Positions 26,429 through 35,493 of a stretch of DNA of 51,476 nt are shown piece after piece. This DNA is from a virus (Duplodnaviria; Caudoviricetes). How positions within the stretch are numbered: the first letter of the stretch is position 1; each line of letters begins with the position of its first letter. The translations under genes and the position numbers were made by a program. Under the pieces are notes generated by a model. It did no database searches. It was not told the DNA's origin and saw nothing but the letters and a program-made list of their open reading frames with translations. Location: the IMG/VR virus record IMGVR_UViG_3300037419_001570, positions 1-51,476 of that record; one strand, written 5' to 3'.

Positions 26429-26743
26429 ATGAGCACCGACCACATGATCCTGGGAGGCGCGGTCGTCGTCTTCCTCCTGGCGTGCATCTACGCCTTCCGC
26501 AACCGCAACGGCGTCGGCATGAAAGCGATCGTCCAGTCGATCGCTGAGCCGCTGAAGCGCGCCGAGGCCGTCGAACCGTCCGCCGCGCAGCTCCTCGTCA
26601 AGCTTCACGACACCCTCGACGCCGAGGGCAAGATGACCGCCGCGCTCCGCACCGTGGGCCGGCTGGCCAACTCGCTGGCCGACCAGCACGAGGCGAAGAT
26701 GGGCACGGTCGTCGCCCCAAAAGACCCGCCGGCCGCGTCGTAG
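26429..26743 (+). CDS. single-TM membrane protein
   Basis: MILGGAVVVFLLACIYAF. Confidence 0.7.
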   Translation: MSTDHMILGGAVVVFLLACIYAFRNRNGVGMKAIVQSIAEPLKRAEAVEPSAAQLLVKLHDTLDAEGKMTAALRTVGRLANSLADQHEAKMGTVVAPKDPPAAS

Positions 26744-26762
26744 CGCGGCGAGATTTCGGACC

Positions 26763-27194
26763 GTGGTGTTTCGTCGTCATCCATTCCCGTTCGTCCCCAG
26801 ACTGAGGACCAGCCCCTTGCGATACGTCTTCGGCCCCGCGTCCGCCGCCGCCCCGCTCGCCCCCAAGACCGCCACGCCGACCGGCCTCGAAGACCTTTTC
26901 CCGGTCATCGCCGGCCGGGACGATTCGGGCCTCACGCTCGACTTCCCGGCTTACGACCCGGCCAAGACGCAACCGCCCGCCGAGGCGCGGGCCTACTGGA
27001 TCTTGGAGGGCATGCCCGAGAAGACCGCCGACGAGTTGGTGGCCTCGGCCACGCCTTGCTCGACCGCCTCGCTGGCGATCGGCCCCGAAGGGCACGCCGG
27101 CCTCAAGCTGCCGACTCCCGACGCCGCGTATCCCGCGCCCGGGACGCCGGCCGTCAGCTACCTCGTCAAGACGGTGCTCGGGTTCAATGTCTGA
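26763..27194 (+). CDS. hypothetical protein
   Basis: 143 aa, strong GC3 bias. Confidence 0.6.
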   Translation: MVFRRHPFPFVPRLRTSPLRYVFGPASAAAPLAPKTATPTGLEDLFPVIAGRDDSGLTLDFPAYDPAKTQPPAEARAYWILEGMPEKTADELVASATPCSTASLAIGPEGHAGLKLPTPDAAYPAPGTPAVSYLVKTVLGFNV

Positions 27195-27324
27195 GTATCT
27201 GACGCTGGACGACCGGGTCGGCCTGCTCACTGTGCTCGCCACGATCCTGGGCGTCTACGGCGTCGCGCTGGTCGGGATGCTGGCCAAGGACTGGCTCGAC
27301 GACAGGTTCCGGCCGCGATTCTGA
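27187..27324 (+). CDS. small TM protein (holin-like)
   Basis: Own translation MSEYLTLDDRVGLLTVLATILGVYGVALVGMLAKDWLDDRFRPRF. Confidence 0.5.
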   Translation: MSEYLTLDDRVGLLTVLATILGVYGVALVGMLAKDWLDDRFRPRF

Positions 27325-27333
27325 AGCAACCTC

Positions 27334-27416
27334 GACGAGGCAACGACAGTGGCGAGGTCGGCCCCCTGCGAATGGGGGCGCCCCAGGCTGAGCGGGCTCG
27401 AATCCCGCCCTCGTCG
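27334..27416 (+). tRNA. atypical tRNA-Ser(CGA)-like cloverleaf
   Basis: Acceptor GACGAGG/CCTCGTC, D CGAC/GTCG, anticodon CCCCC-TGCGAAT-GGGGG, variable arm, T GCGGG-CTCGAAT-CCCGC, discriminator G. Confidence 0.55.
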
Positions 27417-27420
27417 ATGA

Positions 27421-27446
27421 CCTGCTTATCAGGAATGATAAGCAGG
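27421..27446. promoter_or_regulatory. palindrome CCTGCTTATC-N6-GATAAGCAGG, copy 2
   Basis: Upstream of terminase. Confidence 0.75.
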
Positions 27447-27451
27447 TGCAA

Positions 27452-27555
27452 TCGTCCGTAAGGCTGGCGCCACGCAGCCCGAAACGAGCCGCCCGACTAG
27501 CGCTGGAACGGCGGCCACGTCAGGCTGAATGACGGTTCGATTCCGCTCCGGACGG
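27452..27555 (+). ncRNA. second tRNA-like multibranch element
   Basis: CGTCCG/CGGACG closing stem, three internal stems, GGTTCGATTCC. Confidence 0.35.
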
Positions 27556-27611
27556 CCTTTCGGCCTCGGTTCTGATCCAGGCCCCCACGGTGGAGGGACA
27601 GGAGTGGCCGC

Positions 27612-28157
27612 GTGGATCTCACTTACAAGCAGCGGCTTTTCGTAAGCTTCTACCTCGGGGAAGCCAACGGGAATGCGACGAAAGCGGCTCGCTTGGCGGG
27701 CTATTCCTCGCCCGAAAAGCAGGGATATCAATTACTAGGGAAAACTAGGATTCGCGCGGCCGTCGATTCGGCCCTCGCCGCGGCCGCGATGTCGTCAGAC
27801 GAGGTGCTCGCCCGGCTGTCCGAATTCGCCGCCGCCGATCTTTCCGACTACGTCACGGTCGGCGACGACGGCGAGGGCTGGGTCGATCTGACCAAGGCCA
27901 AGCGGCGGCTCCGCGTGGTCAAGAAGCTGAAGTTCACCAGGAAGACCTTCGAGCGGGACGGCATCGCGACTTCGGACACGACCGCCGAGATCGAACTGCA
28001 CAGCCCGCTGACGGCGCTCGACAAACTGGCCCAGTATCACGGCCTCTACCGAGACCGTGAGGCGGTTGGAAAGGACGGCGTTCCGCTCGTCCCTCAAGGC
28101 ATCACGGTCGAGTTCGTGGACGCGCCGGAACGACCGGATGAAGATCCAACTGCCTAG
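27612..28157 (+). CDS. terS: terminase small subunit
   Basis: LTYKQRLFV..Y...NATKAARLAGYS. Confidence 0.92.
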   Translation: MDLTYKQRLFVSFYLGEANGNATKAARLAGYSSPEKQGYQLLGKTRIRAAVDSALAAAAMSSDEVLARLSEFAAADLSDYVTVGDDGEGWVDLTKAKRRLRVVKKLKFTRKTFERDGIATSDTTAEIELHSPLTALDKLAQYHGLYRDREAVGKDGVPLVPQGITVEFVDAPERPDEDPTA

Positions 28158-29373
28158 CAAGATGCGTCCCGTCTTCGACGGCCCGGCCCGCTATCGCGGG
28201 GCCTACGGCGGCCGGGGCAGCGCCAAGAGCCGGTCGTTCGCGGCGATGCTCCTCATCGACGGGATGCGCGAGCCCGGCCCGCTCCTCTGCGCCCGAGAGC
28301 TTCAGATCAGCCTCAAGGATTCGGTCCACGCCGAATTGTGCGGCCTGGTGGACGACTTGGGATTGGACGGGGTCTACGAGTACGGACGGGAGTACCTCCG
28401 GACCAAGCCGGGCTACTTCCCCGGCGGCGCGCAGACCGAATTCGTCTACAGCGGCTTGCGGCACAACTCCCAGGGGATCAAGTCCAAGTCGCGGTTCCGG
28501 CGGTGTTGGGTCGAAGAGGCCGAGTACGTCACGGAGCAATCCTGGAAAGACCTGATCCCGACCATCCGAATGCCGGGCTCGGAAATCTGGCTGACGTGGA
28601 ACCCGGAGGTCAAGGGGAGCGCGACCGACCGGCGGTTCATCGAGTCGCCGCCGGCCGACGCCCGCATCGTCGAGGTCAACTGGCGGGACAACCCGTGGTT
28701 CCCGGCCGTGCTCGACCAGGAGCGGCTCAACGACCTCAAGCGGGATCCGGACTCGTACCACCACATCTGGGAAGGCAAGTACGCGACCCGCAGCGACGCC
28801 CAGGTCATGCACGGCAAATGGAGCGTCGAGGCGTTCGAGCCCAACGTGGACGCCAAGGCCGGCCCGGTCTGGGACGGCCCCTACGACGGGGCCGACTGGG
28901 GCTTCTCGGCCGATCCGACCGTCCGCGTCCGCTGCTGGATCTTCGATGGGAAGCTCTACGTCGAGCGGGAAGCCTACGGCAAGCACGTCGAGCTCCTCGA
29001 CCTGCCGGCGCTGTTCGACCGCTTCCCGGACTCGCGCAGGGTGCGGATCCGGGGCGATTCGGCCAGGCCCGAGACGATCAGCTACATGAAGGGCCAGGGC
29101 TTCGCGATCGAGGCCGCGGCGAAGTGGGCCGGGTCCGTCGAGGACGGCGTCGCCCATCTCCGCGGGGCCTACGACCGCATCGTGGTCCACCCCCGATGCG
29201 TCCGCACGGCGGAAGAGATGCGGCTCTACAGCTACAAGGTCGACCGCCGGACGGGCGACGTCCTGGCCGACCTGGTCGACAAGCACAATCACTGCATCGA
29301 CGCGATCCGCTACGCCATCCAGCCGCTCATCAAGCGGCCCGGCACGGCGACCGCCGCCCCGCTGAGGATGTGA
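28138..29373 (+). CDS. terL: terminase large subunit (PBSX-like)
   Basis: YGGRGSAKS, CARE, WVEEAE, TWNP, DWGF, NHCIDAIRY. Confidence 0.96.
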   Translation: MKIQLPSKMRPVFDGPARYRGAYGGRGSAKSRSFAAMLLIDGMREPGPLLCARELQISLKDSVHAELCGLVDDLGLDGVYEYGREYLRTKPGYFPGGAQTEFVYSGLRHNSQGIKSKSRFRRCWVEEAEYVTEQSWKDLIPTIRMPGSEIWLTWNPEVKGSATDRRFIESPPADARIVEVNWRDNPWFPAVLDQERLNDLKRDPDSYHHIWEGKYATRSDAQVMHGKWSVEAFEPNVDAKAGPVWDGPYDGADWGFSADPTVRVRCWIFDGKLYVEREAYGKHVELLDLPALFDRFPDSRRVRIRGDSARPETISYMKGQGFAIEAAAKWAGSVEDGVAHLRGAYDRIVVHPRCVRTAEEMRLYSYKVDRRTGDVLADLVDKHNHCIDAIRYAIQPLIKRPGTATAAPLRM

Positions 29374-29379
29374 CCGACG

Positions 29380-30894
29380 ATGGCCGACGAACTCAACCTC
29401 AACCTCGGCTCGACCGGACCGACCGGGGACGACGTGTCCGCGAAGTCCCACGCGGTCGAATGCATGGCCGAGACGTGGCGGCTCGTCGAGGACCTGATGG
29501 GCGGCACGGCCGCGATGCGGAAGGCGTGCAAGCGGCACCTGCCGCAGTGGCCGGCGGAAGACTTCTTCTCCTACGAGTTCCGCCGCAAGACCGCGACGCT
29601 CTTTCCCGCCTACCGCCGGACGGTGTCGGTGCTCGTCGGCAAGCCGTTCAGCAAGCCGCCCACGCCCAGCGAGGACATGCCGGAGCGCATCAAGGCGTGG
29701 CTCGAAGACGTGGACCGCGAGGGCCGCAACCTGGCCGCGTTCGCCGCCGACCTGTGCACCGACGCGCTGGCCTACGGGCTGTGCGGCATCCTCGTGGACG
29801 CGCCGCCGGGCGAGGGGCTCCGCACCGTCGCGGACGAACAGGCGGCCGGAATCCGGCCGTATTTCGTCCACGTCACGCACGACATGATCCTCGGTTGGCG
29901 GACCGAGCGGCGGGGCGGGGCCACGGTCCTCTCCCAGCTGCGGCTGATGGAGTCGGTGGAGGAGCCCGACGGCGCGTTCGGCACGAAATGCGTCCAGCAG
30001 GTCCGGGTCCTGGAACCCCGTAAGTGGGCGACCTACCGTAAGGTCAAGGGCGCGACCGGCGCCGAGTCGTGGGATCTGCACGAGCGGGGGACGACCAGCA
30101 TCGACGTGATCCCGTTCGCCCCGGTCTACGGCTACCGCAAGGGCTTCCTGCAGGGCGTCCCGCCCATGCTCGACCTGGCGTACCTCAACGTCGAGCACTG
30201 GCAGAGCAAGTCGGATCAGCAGAACATCCTCCACACCGCGCGCGTGCCCATCCTGTTCGCCAAGGACATGGAGGGCGACGACCTCCACGTGGGCGCCGGG
30301 GCGATCGTCAAGGCGACGTCGGCGACGGCGGACCTCCGGTTCGTCGAGCACTCCGGGTCGTCGATCGAGGCCGGCCGGCAGTCGCTGCTCGACCTCGAGG
30401 ACCAGATGCGGCAGATCGGGGCCGAGCTGCTCGTCATCAAGCCCGGCAACACGACCGAGGTTCAGACCCGCCAGGACAACGAGCCGGCGATGTGCGACCT
30501 CCAGAGGATCATGCAGGCCCTGGAAGACGCGCTCGACCTCGCGCTCAGCTTCATGGCCAGGTTCGTCGGCGAGCCCACCGGCGGCACGGTGGCGATCTAC
30601 AGCGACTTCGGGGTGGCCACGCTGCAGGAGGCGTCGGCCCAACTGCTGGCCTCGATGCAGGAGGCCGGCTCGCTCAGTCACGCGACCCTGCTCAACGAGC
30701 TGAAGCGACGCGGCGTGCTGTCCGCCGACGTGGACGTGGGCAAGGAGGTCGCGGCTTCGGCCGACGAACGCCAGGCGGCCCAGGACGCGGCGGCGGCGCG
30801 CGAGCAGGCCATGCTCCAGGCCGCCCAGGACCACGCCGCCTTCCACCAGCACGATTCGCAGCACGACCAGGCCATCCCGTTCGGGGGCCAGTGA
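29380..30894 (+). CDS. portal protein (DUF4055-like)
   Basis: LMGGTAAMR, PPMLDLAYLNVEHWQSKSDQ; position after terL. Confidence 0.9.
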   Translation: MADELNLNLGSTGPTGDDVSAKSHAVECMAETWRLVEDLMGGTAAMRKACKRHLPQWPAEDFFSYEFRRKTATLFPAYRRTVSVLVGKPFSKPPTPSEDMPERIKAWLEDVDREGRNLAAFAADLCTDALAYGLCGILVDAPPGEGLRTVADEQAAGIRPYFVHVTHDMILGWRTERRGGATVLSQLRLMESVEEPDGAFGTKCVQQVRVLEPRKWATYRKVKGATGAESWDLHERGTTSIDVIPFAPVYGYRKGFLQGVPPMLDLAYLNVEHWQSKSDQQNILHTARVPILFAKDMEGDDLHVGAGAIVKATSATADLRFVEHSGSSIEAGRQSLLDLEDQMRQIGAELLVIKPGNTTEVQTRQDNEPAMCDLQRIMQALEDALDLALSFMARFVGEPTGGTVAIYSDFGVATLQEASAQLLASMQEAGSLSHATLLNELKRRGVLSADVDVGKEVAASADERQAAQDAAAAREQAMLQAAQDHAAFHQHDSQHDQAIPFGGQ

Positions 30895-30928
30895 GCCACC
30901 TTCCCAATCATCAGAAAGGAAATCGATC

Positions 30929-31171
30929 GTGCATTACCGCAACGGCCGCGAAGCGAAGAACGGTGACAAGATCGTGAAGCTGGACGGCGGGAAAGTCGTA
31001 TCGTTCGGCGTGCTGCACGGCGCGACGCCCGGCAACGACTACTGCAACGGCAACATCGCGACGATTCAGTCGCCCAACGATTACGCCTGCATGTGCGACT
31101 GCCTCCACATCGACGACGTGGCGGACTTGCTCAAGCAACAGGGTCTCGACCAACGGCCCGCCGGAAAGTAA
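30929..31171 (+). CDS. small hypothetical protein
   Basis: MHYRNGREAKNGDKIV; AAGGA RBS. Confidence 0.75.
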   Translation: MHYRNGREAKNGDKIVKLDGGKVVSFGVLHGATPGNDYCNGNIATIQSPNDYACMCDCLHIDDVADLLKQQGLDQRPAGK

Positions 31172-31285
31172 TTCGCGCCGGTCTACTGCTCAGCGATTCG
31201 ACGGCCGACGTCGCGGACGCGGCGCGGCGACACCGGGCCGGACGGCCCTTCCCAGCATCGGGCGGAAGCCCAAGGATAGCGACTC

Positions 31286-32062
31286 GTGAAGTTGAAGACC
31301 ATTGAAATGAACGGGACGACCTACGCCGAGATCCAGGACGGCAAGCCCGTCTACGAGGCCGACGACGGCAAGGTGATCGCGTTCGACGCGGCGTACACCA
31401 ACGCCACGATCAAGCGGCTCAACGCCGAGGCCAAGACGCACCGCGAGGCCAAGGAGTCGGCCGAGGCCAGGCTCCGCGACTTCGCGGACCTCGACCCCGA
31501 GGCGGCCCGCAAGGCGATCGAGACCGTCCGCAACTTCGACGACAAAAAGCTGATCGACGCGGGCGAGGTCGAGCGGGTCAAGCGCGAGGCCAAGGACGCC
31601 TACGATCGGCAGTTCGAGGCCCAGTACAAGCCGATCGAGGCCGAGCGGAACGCCCTCAAGAGCCAGCTCCACAACGAACGGCTCGGCACGGCGTTCAACC
31701 GCTCGAAGTTCATCGCCGACAAGTTGGCCATCCCGGTCGACATCGCCCAAGCCCGGTTCGGCAGCCACTTCAGCGTCGGCGACGACGGCCGGATCACGGC
31801 GAAGGGGCCGGACGGGAACCCGCTCTACGGCCGAGCCAACCCCGGCGAGCCCGCCTCCTTCGACGAGGCCCTTGAGATGCTCGTCGAGGCCTACCCGCAC
31901 CGAGAGCACATCCTCAAGGGCTCGGGCGCGTCCGGGGGCGGGGCCGGCGGCGGCCGATCCGCCGACGGCAAGCGGACGATCCCCCGTTCGCAGTTCGACG
32001 CGATGAGCCCAGCCGACCGGGCGACGATCGCCCGAGACAAGAACGTCGCCATCGTCGACTGA
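31286..32062 (+). CDS. capsid scaffolding protein (DUF6651-like)
   Basis: DGKPVY, LNAEAK.HR, PGEPASFDEALE.LV..YP, SGGGAGG. Confidence 0.88.
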   Translation: MKLKTIEMNGTTYAEIQDGKPVYEADDGKVIAFDAAYTNATIKRLNAEAKTHREAKESAEARLRDFADLDPEAARKAIETVRNFDDKKLIDAGEVERVKREAKDAYDRQFEAQYKPIEAERNALKSQLHNERLGTAFNRSKFIADKLAIPVDIAQARFGSHFSVGDDGRITAKGPDGNPLYGRANPGEPASFDEALEMLVEAYPHREHILKGSGASGGGAGGGRSADGKRTIPRSQFDAMSPADRATIARDKNVAIVD

Positions 32063-32187
32063 CCAAGCCTTTCGATTCGAGCCGCGGGGCGGACGCCCCA
32101 CCCATTGCCGCCGGATGGCGGACCCCACGTTTCCGACCACCCAGCAGCCCGCTTTGTGCGGGCCGTAACGCATTGGAGTAATCCGCC

Positions 32188-33357
32188 GTGGCCAACACGC
32201 TCACCGACCTGATCCCCGACCTCTACCAGGCCCTCGACGTCGTGTCGCGCGAGATGGTCGGGTTCATCCCCGCCGTCAGCCGGAACTCGTCCGCCGAGCG
32301 GGCCGCGCTGAACGAGACGATCCGCGTCCCGATCACCCCGGCGGTGTCGCTGATCGACAACACGCCGGCCGTCACGTCGCCCGACAGCGGCGACCAGACG
32401 ATCGGCAACGTCTCGATCGCGATCACCAAGAGCAAGAGCGCCCCGATCCGCTGGAACGGCGAGCAGCAGCGCGGCATGCAGAACGCCGGCACTTACAGCT
32501 CGGTGCTCGGCCAGCAGTTCGAGCAGGGCTTCCGGGCGATCGTCAACGCGATGGAGGCCGACCTGTTCGCGGCGGCCTACCAGGGCGCGTCGCGGGCCTA
32601 CGGCACCGCCGGGACCGCGCCGTTCGGGACGGCCGGCGACCTGTCCGACGCGGCCCAGCTCCGCAAGATCCTCGACGACAACGGCGCGCCCCAGAGCGGG
32701 CTGCATCTCGTCCTGGGGTCGTCGGCCGTGGCCAACCTCCGGGGCAAGCAGACCATCCTGCTGAAGGCGAACGAGGCCGGCTCCGACGCCTTCCGACGCA
32801 CCGGCGCGATCGTCGAAATCCCCCTCGACGGCTTCATGCTCCACAACAGCAACGCCGTCCAGGTGGTCACCAAGGGCACCGGCTCCAGCTACGTCACGTC
32901 GGGCTCGACCGCCGTGGGCGTGGGAGACATCGCCCTCGTGACCGGCACGGGGACCGTCCTGGCGGGCGACGTCGTGACCTTCGCGGCCGACGCCAACAAC
33001 AAGTACGTGGTCAACACGGGGATCACTGCCCCCGGCACGATCACCATCGGCGACCCCGGCGCCCGCGTCGTGATCGCCACCGCGAACGCGATGACGATCG
33101 GCGGAAACTACACCCCCAACGTCGGCTTCCACCAGAGCGCCATCCAGCTCGTCACCCGCGCCCCGATCCGGCCGCTCGGCCCCAACGGGCAGCCGATGGA
33201 CGCGGCCGACGACGTCATCTACATCACCGACCCCGTCACCGGGATCATGTTCGAGGTCGCCGTCTACCGGCAGTTCAAGCAGGTGCTGTACCTGGTCGGC
33301 GCGGCCTGGGGCTGTGCGACGGTGAAGCCCGCGCACGTCGCGACGCTTATCGGATAA
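32188..33357 (+). CDS. major capsid protein (P22 coat-like)
   Basis: MANTLTDLIPDLYQALDVVSREMVGFIPAV; DPVTGIMFEV..Y. Confidence 0.93.
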   Translation: MANTLTDLIPDLYQALDVVSREMVGFIPAVSRNSSAERAALNETIRVPITPAVSLIDNTPAVTSPDSGDQTIGNVSIAITKSKSAPIRWNGEQQRGMQNAGTYSSVLGQQFEQGFRAIVNAMEADLFAAAYQGASRAYGTAGTAPFGTAGDLSDAAQLRKILDDNGAPQSGLHLVLGSSAVANLRGKQTILLKANEAGSDAFRRTGAIVEIPLDGFMLHNSNAVQVVTKGTGSSYVTSGSTAVGVGDIALVTGTGTVLAGDVVTFAADANNKYVVNTGITAPGTITIGDPGARVVIATANAMTIGGNYTPNVGFHQSAIQLVTRAPIRPLGPNGQPMDAADDVIYITDPVTGIMFEVAVYRQFKQVLYLVGAAWGCATVKPAHVATLIG

Positions 33358-33363
33358 CCCACC

Positions 33364-33404
33364 CGGGGCGGCGGTCTTCGCGGGCCGTCGCCCCGCATCT
33401 TTTT
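33364..33404 (+). terminator. intrinsic terminator after MCP
   Basis: 13-bp GC stem + T5. Confidence 0.75.
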
Positions 33405-33429
33405 CACGTCGAGGCGAGGGGGCGGCCTG

Positions 33430-34116
33430 ATGTTCGGACGTTGGAAGCGGCGGTACGAAGAGGCCGTGGGCCTGTGCCACGACCTCGCGGACGAAAGCGA
33501 CAAGTGGAGGCGTTTGGCGAACGAACGGTCCGTCAGCAACAAGACGCTGATCGACGAGGTCGTCAAACTGCGACGCGAGATCCGCGAGGCCAAGGCCCAA
33601 CTCGCCGCCGCCGACTTCCCGCTCGAAGCGGAGCGGGCCGAGAACGAGCGGCTCCGCGCCAGGCTCAAGACGACGGTGGATGAGCGGAACGCCGCCAAGG
33701 GCCAGTCCATAGAAACGCTGGCCGATCTCATCCAATCCAAGGAAGCGACGATCAACGCTCTCGAGCAGCGTGACGCCGCGATCAAGGAACGCGACGAGTG
33801 GCGTGAGGTCGCCGAGTCCGCTTCCACCGTGACCGCCCGCGTCTTCGCGCTCTGCCGCGGCTTCATCACCGACCTATCCAGGCTGAAGGAGATCGCCGAT
33901 GCCCCCAGCGAACCCGACCCCGCCGACGACCGCCCCCAGCTCGACGCCGAGTCCGGCGTCCGCTTCCGCGTCGGCTGCATCGTCCACGAATCCGGCCCAG
34001 CCGACGGCCTCCAGCCCGACGCCGAACCCGACCACGCCGCCGTCCAAGGCGACGGGCCCGACTTCATCCGCTTCCCCGGCTTCGCCGACCCCGACACCGA
34101 CCCCGACGCCGCCTGA
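33430..34116 (+). CDS. coiled-coil protein
   Basis: Heptad-rich; 3' end overlaps the next gene. Confidence 0.65.
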   Translation: MFGRWKRRYEEAVGLCHDLADESDKWRRLANERSVSNKTLIDEVVKLRREIREAKAQLAAADFPLEAERAENERLRARLKTTVDERNAAKGQSIETLADLIQSKEATINALEQRDAAIKERDEWREVAESASTVTARVFALCRGFITDLSRLKEIADAPSEPDPADDRPQLDAESGVRFRVGCIVHESGPADGLQPDAEPDHAAVQGDGPDFIRFPGFADPDTDPDAA

Positions 34117-34231
34117 GCCCGACTCGTCGCTCGTCGAGGTCCGCAAGCACGGCGAGAGCCTCCGGGTCCACCCCACGACCGTCGCCGCCCACGTCGCCGC
34201 CGGCTGGCGTGTCGCGCCCGATCCGTCCTGA
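33899..34231 (+). CDS. P/T/S-rich head-associated small protein
   Basis: AAGGAG RBS; C-terminal LVEVRKHGESLRVHPTTVAAHVAAGW. Confidence 0.65.
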   Translation: MPPANPTPPTTAPSSTPSPASASASAASSTNPAQPTASSPTPNPTTPPSKATGPTSSASPASPTPTPTPTPPEPDSSLVEVRKHGESLRVHPTTVAAHVAAGWRVAPDPS

Positions 34232-34274
34232 CCCTCCTTTCCGTCGCCTCGCTTCCGCTTGTGCAGGAGAAGAC

Positions 34275-34589
34275 ATGGGAATCCAGTCCTCGCATTGGAT
34301 CGACGACGAAGCCCCCGAAGGCGGCCAGACGTTCGGCCCCGGGTTCGCCATCGCCTGGCAGCGCGGGCCGATGGTCGACAAGGACGGCGCCAGGTTGCAG
34401 CAGAACGGTGCGTTCGTCGAGGACGTCATCAAGGCGGCGATCGATCGCATCCTGCACTACCAGTCCACGAAGTTCGCCAGCGCTTACAACTCGTCGGCCG
34501 TCGCGCATCTCTACTTCGCCCTGGATTCGCTGAACCAGAGGACGGCCGGCCGCGAGGCTCGCGGGGTCGAAGGCACGCACGAGGTCTGA
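34275..34589 (+). CDS. Tad1-like anti-defence (signal-sponge) protein
   Basis: IAWQRGP..NGAFVEDVI..IDRI..YQ..F.S..N..A..HL..AL..LN.R...R..RGVEGT matches the Tad1 pattern. Confidence 0.8.
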   Translation: MGIQSSHWIDDEAPEGGQTFGPGFAIAWQRGPMVDKDGARLQQNGAFVEDVIKAAIDRILHYQSTKFASAYNSSAVAHLYFALDSLNQRTAGREARGVEGTHEV

Positions 34590-34592
34590 CGC

Positions 34593-35453
34593 ATGCTGAC
34601 CTTCTCGAAGCGCCAGGGCATGGCGGACGCCGAAGTCCTCCAGCTCATGACGGCGACCGACTCCGGCGGGTACGCCAAGCTCACGGACAAATACGACGGC
34701 TCCGAGGAATTGCTCTGCGTCCTCTGGCCGGGCGACGACCGATCGATCACGACCACGCTGCCCGCGTCGTGGGACGACGGCCCGCTCGGCAAGGTGCGGA
34801 TCGAATTCCCGGCCGACGTCACGACCACGCTCGAACCGACGTGGTACGGCGGCCTGCTGTCGCTGGCCTCCGATTCGACGCTCCTGGCCGAGTTCCGCGT
34901 CGTCGTCGAGGCGGCCCCGGGCTCGGCCGCGCCGCCCAAGGTCTACCACCGCTACCAGGACCTGGTGGACGAGTTGCCGTGGGTCGGAAAGTTGGCCGAC
35001 CAGCTCAACGACCAGGGCGGGTTCGTCGAGGTCGCCGCCGCGGCCCGGCGGTGGATCGACGCCGCGATCCTGCGGAGCGTCCCGGTCCGGGGGGCCTACG
35101 GCTCGCCGTGGTACGGCTTCTCGTCGTGGGACGATTCGTACAACGGCGTCTACGGCTCGCTCGGCCAGGCGGAAGACCCCGACGTCGCCGCCGCGCTCGA
35201 CGCCGACCAACTCGACGTCACCACCGCCACCGGCCGGCGGTTCGTCGAGGCCAGCATCTACTGGACGCTCGCCAAGGTGCTCAAGAGGGCGGTCGGCATG
35301 CAGGCCAACAACGACCTGCTGAAGCTCTCGGACGAGTACAAGGACGCGGCCGACAAGAAGCTCGCCACCTGCGTCGCCGTGATCGACACGAACGGCGACG
35401 GCGTCCCCGAATACGTCCTGCCGCTCAACCGCCGTCGGATGATCCGCATGTGA
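34593..35453 (+). CDS. putative head-tail adaptor
   Basis: Position; helical C-terminal half. Confidence 0.5.
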   Translation: MLTFSKRQGMADAEVLQLMTATDSGGYAKLTDKYDGSEELLCVLWPGDDRSITTTLPASWDDGPLGKVRIEFPADVTTTLEPTWYGGLLSLASDSTLLAEFRVVVEAAPGSAAPPKVYHRYQDLVDELPWVGKLADQLNDQGGFVEVAAAARRWIDAAILRSVPVRGAYGSPWYGFSSWDDSYNGVYGSLGQAEDPDVAAALDADQLDVTTATGRRFVEASIYWTLAKVLKRAVGMQANNDLLKLSDEYKDAADKKLATCVAVIDTNGDGVPEYVLPLNRRRMIRM

Positions 35454-35493
35454 CGCGCCCGCGTCCGCTTCGCCCCATCAACACGAGGCGTCC

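Noticed and set aside
28102-30864. 920-aa minus-strand ORF and similar long antisense ORFs
   Set aside because: High-GC shadow of terL/portal; no motifs
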